From Vezdaea acicularis (Eukaryota): 52,739 nucleotides of DNA. Positions 47,035 through 52,739 of the stretch are shown piece after piece; the stretch's first letter is position 1; each line of letters opens with the position of its first letter. The notes beneath the pieces are model-generated. The model had not been told where the DNA came from. It searched no databases and worked only from the letters and a program-made list of their open reading frames with translations. Location: assembly GCA_026025075.1 (NCBI GenBank), contig JAPEUI010000109.1:1-52739 (forward strand), in the 5' to 3' direction. Made by a program: the position numbers and the translations under genes.

Positions 47035-50000
47035 ATGGGGCGAAAAGCAAAGACTCAAGCAGAAAAGCTGCAGGCTCAACAAGCACGGCAAAATCATTAT
47101 CAACTTAGAACCTTGAATCAGCCCTATTTATCAACACCACTAAGCGTCTTACCAGAATCCACATCATCATCTATTCCAGCTGTTTTGGCTCCATCAATTT
47201 CCTCACCAGTTTTGCATGCTGCAAGTGAACAGAATGAGCCTTTTGATGGACTTGTCAATCTTTTTGCTGATGCCCAACTTGATGTTGAGTCTAATCCAGA
47301 AGCAGATCATCCTCTTTTGCCGGCAGAAGCATCTGAAGAATCTGATATTGACTTAAATATTCTACTAGATCATCATTCAACTACTTCAGATGAAGTCAAT
47401 TCGGAATCCAATGAACTTCTAAATCTATCATTTGCATCAAATCAGGAACCATCAACTATTCAAGGCCAATTAGATGTTGCTGATGAGGCCAGACTTGAGT
47501 TGAAAGCCTTCAGACAACCTTTAGAGCTTTTGGACAGCTCAGATATCTCTTCCAGTATAGCGTCTGATGTCTTGGAAAGAGACGATGATATTGCAGACAC
47601 TCAATCTTTTACATTGAGTGAAACAAATTCAGACGATGCTTTAGGATTGGATCATGAAATTGATGAACGACTACAAAAATCCTGGAGCACCACTTGTTCT
47701 TGCAATGCAGGAACAAACTTATCAGACGAATCAGGCTTGGGATTTAAGGAAATGTGTCAATATTGGAATAGGCATATGCCCAGAAGAGACAGTCCTAGTC
47801 GCTCTAGTACCTTTCCGATAAATTATGAAAATCTGTTACCAAGAGATGGAAGACACGGAGACTATCGGAACATTGCTTGGAAAGCATTGTTAGCGGGGGA
47901 AGATGGAATTCCTCCAAGTTTAAATGTTGCCTGTTCGGAAATAGAGTCTGGTATCCCTATTCAAGAATCTTCTCTCCAAATATCTCGACGTTGGGATGTA
48001 GACAGCTTGATAGCAGAGGTTACCAGTTTGGGCGTACATCGGGATGGATTTGATCTAGCCTATCGGCCTCCATACTTGCGACGTGTGACCCAAAATCCCT
48101 ATGTAATATTTCAAGGAAAACGCCTGCATCAGATAAAAAACCAAAGGTTAGGACATGGACTTGCCTCTGCCGGATTCAATTATCAGTGCCATGTTTTCTT
48201 TCCTCATATGCCTGTTCTTCATCGGGATGGAACTCATTTGACAGATGTACAACAGGAGGAATGGATTGACAACATTATCATTCCGTCCTTGCGCGAAAGT
48301 TGTCCAGATGATATTCTGCAACATCATCCTCGAAGTTTTGCAGAAGTTAAAATCAAAGCAACCGCCAAACAAGAGTGGCATCCTACCGGTGTGCAACAGC
48401 CAATAGATCTTCGATCTTGCATTCCTGAGGAGTATTTGGATTGTTTTTGGAATCTTGTCTTGCAGAAATGCAACAGCCCTAGATTTGCCATTTTCCGGGA
48501 GGTGTTTTTGATTGTGCAAGGGCACAATCTAAAGCTCTTTACCAAGAAGCTTGATCCTCAACAGGTTCGACAAGATTATTTCCGTCATCTTCGGCGATGT
48601 TTTCATGCCAATGAACGGTACATGCCTGCACAAAAATGTTGGATAGATTTAGGACTGGAAGACACTCCAGAACCATTTCAGAATGAAGCAGTAACTCTTT
48701 TGCGAAAATCCAAATGTTGTGCCAGCTGGAATATTCAATTTCAAGCTGTGGATCAAAGATCATCACTTCTTCGCACTCAAGAGTTTCCTTGGGCATTAAC
48801 TCGAGATATCATGTCAACTCGTGCTGAAATATTGCCAACAAACAAATGGCATGCCAAAGGCGGAATTGCTTTTAACAAAGCTTATAGCCTTCATAAAGAT
48901 CTCTTTACTACTCCAGTAAAAGGATTGGTTCCATTTGATCATCAGCAGCTGGAAGGATTAGCATATGATCAAGACCTGCTCAACCGTTGGTATGGGTTGA
49001 GCTATCGGGGCAGGCAAACCTCCCATCTAGACAAACGCCAGCATCTGCTAAAGATATATCAACATGCTAAACAACGGGTAAATCAAGCGATATGTTCTAC
49101 CATTGATACCTGCTTTGGTGTACGGCAAGAATATCGAATGACTCTTGAACGTTTTTCCCGCCTACAGTTAGATGCTGCTTTAAATGACGCAGCAAGCAAC
49201 GATCCATATCGACATCGGCCCTATTATGTATTTCGAACCAAAGATGTCAATACATATATTGGATATGACATCAATCGATGGTTGATGTGTCTAGAAGCAT
49301 TGATCTGTCAAGTTAATCCAGGGCCCATTGGACTTTCTCCTGCATCTGCAGAGCAACAGATGATCAATGGTGTGATGGTTAGCGCTATCATCAGAACATT
49401 GCATTCCAACTTGGGAAATGTACAAAAATTGCTGCAAAGATCTATATGGTTGCATGATTGGAAAGTCAAATCACTTTTGGAAGAAAATGAAAGTGAATTA
49501 GATGAGAATGAAGAATTGAATGAAGTTTCAACACGTCTAGGGCTGGATTATTGCAAAAGTTTAGAACAGACTGGTTTAGCTTAGTTGCCCTCAGATTTAA
49601 TCCTATGGGAAGGTCTTCCAATGTTCAAGCCAGATATCATTCCTCGACTAGGACTAGCAATCAATGGATTTGGTAGACAAAGAAACCAAACCTTGAGGAT
49701 TCAGAATCTTCTTCAGCAAGAACATCGAGAGTTGGCGCTTTTTCGGGAATGGTTGCAGCGGTCACTGACTTTTCCTAAGGAGAGCTTGGATCCTCATGCG
49801 CGCAAATGGGTATTTCAACTAGGAGCTGAATTGATCATTCAATCCTATCAACTGGAGATCCTTGATATTCTGCGTCAACGTTCCAAGGAATTGGATCCAA
49901 GAATAGACATAGTCCAAGAACGCTTTGATGCAATACAGTCTAAAGGCCTAGAGGGATTTAGCTATGATCTTTTAACAAGACTTCTGGAGATGCCGCCGCA

Positions 50001-50655
50001 TCTGATCCTAGTTAAAAAAGCCGCCCGTCGTGGTGTGAGCCTTTTGGATCAATACAATACTGGTACCTGGATTGGCCGCATTGCTGGACTGTTTGGTTTA
50101 GATGATAACATGCCTGGCGCAGTCAAAAAACGTGGATGGGAACACAGCCCATTTCGAGAATGGAAACGCCGGCTTCGACATATTGTCAAAGATGTGCTAG
50201 GACCAAAGACATCAAAAAGCTTTGAAAAAGTGATCAATCTTCACGCTTGCCAAAAGATGTGGATCATACCGCAGTACAATATTGACAAACTCTCTGTCAT
50301 ACGAACAGCTTCAAAGCACAATGCGCCCAAGACTTTTGAAATGCTGCAAGAGATGGAAACATTGTCTCGGACCAACTGGGTTATCCCGCAGCTGAATCCA
50401 CTGTATTTTGGAATGTTTGAAGCTTTGGAGCAATCAGTCCAGCAGGAGAGCCGTCTTAGTACTGGATCAAATCCACATTGGCAAGAAATTCATGAACAAC
50501 TGACGAGAGCAGATCAGCTTCTTCTTTTGACTGAAGGTGACATTTATTCTGAAGACTCCGGATTAATCAAAAATCCAATACGATATGGCATAGACACCAA
50601 GCTAAATCTAGCTTTAGAATTCAAAAATCAACTGGAAAGAAACAGAGAAAACTGA
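47035..50655 (+). pseudogene. ~1200-codon intronless orphan ORF interrupted by a single in-frame TAG (49582-49584); probably mobile-element encoded
   Basis: ORFs 47014..49584 and 49585..50655 abut in the same frame (TGLA*LPSD). More AT-rich than neighbouring genes and flanked by repeats. Confidence 0.75.
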
Positions 50656-50749
50656 TCAATGTTTTGCGTGGTCATCATCGTGGAATGGATTTCAATTAGT
50701 CAATTTTGATAGATTCAATGTTCTGGCAGCAGTTTCCAGACATTGAGTG

Positions 50750-51610
50750 AAGAATTGCCAATTTTGAATCTCCAAGTCCTCTGGGATCAGTTTTGCGTCA
50801 TCGATCACGGATTTGTCGATTCTCAATCTGTTGATCCTCTAATATCAATCGAGATACATCAACTCTTGACATCAACTTTTTTGATCTGCCAGTTTTCACC
50901 CTCTGGATCATCCGGCATTGGTTTTGACTTGTCGATTTTTACCCTCTTGACTTTTTGAAATAGATTCCGAGTCATCCATGATGAACCTGCCAATTTTGGC
51001 CCTTCTGGTCTTGTGGCATCAGTTTTGTGTCATCGATCACGGATTTATCGATTCTCAATCTGAAGATCCTCTGGAATTGATCTTGAGACATCAACTCTTG
51101 AGATCAACTCTTGATCTGCCAGTTTTCACCCTCTTGATCATCCGGCATTGGTTTTGACTTGTCAATTTTTACCCTCTTGGCCTTTTGAAATTGATTCCGA
51201 GTCGTCTTTCAGAAATCTGCCAATTCCAGCCCTCCTGGTCTTCTGGCATTGGTTTCGCGTCATCGATCACAGATTTGACGATTCTCAATCTGATGATCCT
51301 TTGGAATCGATCTTGAGACATCAACTCTTGACATCAACTCTTGATCTGCCAGTTTTGACACTCTTGATCTTCCGGCATTAGTTTTGACTTGTCGATTTTT
51401 ACCCTCTTGGCCTTTTGAAATTGATTCCAAGTCGTCTTTCAGAAATCTGCCAATTTTGGCCCTCCTGGTCTTCTGGCATCAGTTTTGCGTCATTGATCAC
51501 GGATTTGACGATTTTCAATCTGATGATCTTTTGGAATTGATTTCGAGACATCAATCTTTGATCTGCGAACTATTTTTACCCTTTAGGCTTTCTGAAATTG
51601 ATTCTGGGTT
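50750..51610. repeat. ~230-bp tandem repeat, about 3.5 diverged copies
   Basis: Anchor atcagttttgcgtcatcgatcac recurs with substitutions at 50786, 51018, 51248 and 51478 (periods 232, 230, 230). Confidence 0.92.
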
Positions 51611-51689
51611 ACTGATCATTGATTCTTGTCTTAACACTTAAAGTTTGTCGGCATAGCTTTTAATTTATTTATCTCTACTCCCTCGATCT

Positions 51690-52335
51690 GAAAAGCACTT
51701 AGGCCCAATTAGGCTGTCACAAATAACATTTTCCGCCTCAAAGCCCAAATGTCTTTATTAAACAATTCTATTGGTCGTTTAGAAACGGGTCTAAACTCAA
51801 GACGGCCTAAGTGCTTTTAATAAGCAGGGGTATTTCGTCGTTGTTGAAAGCACTTAGGCCCGATTAGGCTGTCACATGCGACATTGCCAGCCGGACGGCC
51901 GGGATGTGTTTATCGAACAATTCTATTGGCCATCAGGAAGCGGGTCTAAGCTCAAGACGGCCTAAGTGCTTTCAATAAGCAGGGGTATTTCGTCGTTGTT
52001 GAAAGCACTTAGGCCCGATTAGGCTGTCACATGCGACATTGCCAGCCGGACGGCCGGGATGTGTTTATCGAACAATTCTATTGGCCATCAGGAAGCGGGT
52101 CTAAGCTCAAGACGGCCTAAGTGCTTTCAATAAGCAGGGGTATTTCGTCGTTGTTGAAAGCACTTAGGCCCGATTAGGCTGTCACATGCGACATTGCCAG
52201 CCGGACGGCCGGGATGTGTTTATCGAACAATTTTATTGGCCGTCAGGAAGCGGGTCTAAGCTCAAGATGGCCTAAGTGCTTTCAATAAGCAGAGGTATTT
52301 TGTCGTTGTTGAAAGCACTTAGGCCCAATTAGGCT
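51690..52335. repeat. 155-bp tandem repeat (4 full copies plus a partial) carrying 17-bp inverted arms
   Basis: GCACTTAGGCC at 51695, 51850, 52005, 52160 and 52315. Arms TTGAAAGCACTTAGGCC and GGCCTAAGTGCTTTCAA. Confidence 0.97.
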
Positions 52336-52612
52336 ACCATCTATGAGTCATCGTATATTGAAATCAAAGTGATAAGGTATTGAATATATGACGGTGATAA
52401 TATTGATATGAATCCATCAGGTTGTCTTTCAAAATTCAAGCCAAATTCTTGGTTCAAATTTTCTATAAGTAGACGTAAAGTTTTCCATGTTAAAGTCTTT
52501 AAAATTGATCGCTATTAACTCTTAAAGACTTCCATATAGCCATTCTCTTATCGCTCATCATTTCCAAAGTCTATACTATTCCTTTAAGAAATAGTTCCTC
52601 TTTACGCTTATC

Positions 52613-52739
52613 ATGGAGTCTTATTTTGAAAATGTTGTATCGTCTGCATCCCATCTCAACGATCACATTATACCAGACACCACACAACTGACGGTCGAAG
52701 AACTCAAAGCCGTTCAAGAGTCAATTCAAGATTGTAGCT
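52613..52739 (+). CDS. Possible 5' end of a gene running off the window
   Basis: atcATGG context; frame open to the window end: MESYFENVVSSASHLNDHIIPDTTQLTVEELKAVQESIQDCS. Confidence 0.3.
   Translation, partial: MESYFENVVSSASHLNDHIIPDTTQLTVEELKAVQESIQDCS

Noticed and set aside
50743..51641. Three similar short ORFs within the 230-bp array
   Set aside because: Non-ATG starts; frames shift with the 230-bp period; repeat artefacts
6280..52335. One giant ~46-kb transposon bounded by the inverted palindrome copies
   Set aside because: The interval contains core housekeeping genes (tubulin, AMD1, STT3), the match is short and diverged, and I see no TSD or Starship captain. Independent insertions are more parsimonious
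51690..52335. CRISPR-like array
   Set aside because: The spacers are themselves repeated, the context is eukaryotic, and there are no cas genes

Overview
Intron-containing genomic DNA of a filamentous ascomycete (short GT-AG introns with CTRAC branch sites). Left to right: a GC-rich block with a C2H2 transcription factor; a Pro/Arg-rich orphan protein with a CxxC...CxxC module and 11 RGYSPER-type heptads, divergent from an alpha-2 tubulin (tubB type); a CYSTM protein; an intronless NB-ARC-TPR NLR; a secreted GMC oxidoreductase; an intronless VIT-vWA protein; a 154-bp MITE with perfect 29-bp TIRs; a multi-exon orphan with a probable beta-propeller; an amino-acid permease; a GH65 acid trehalase; AMP deaminase; STT3. 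After STT3 the sequence becomes more AT-rich and resembles an uncharacterised mobile element. It has an upstream hairpin and ATTGG cluster, a ~1200-codon intronless orphan ORF broken by one TAG, a 230-bp tandem array and a 155-bp tandem array of palindromes. A diverged, inverted copy of the same 59-bp palindrome, with compensatory arm changes, lies ~45 kb away at ~6.3 kb. This is the best candidate for an undescribed system. Gene models and family calls are by eye and were not verified by search.
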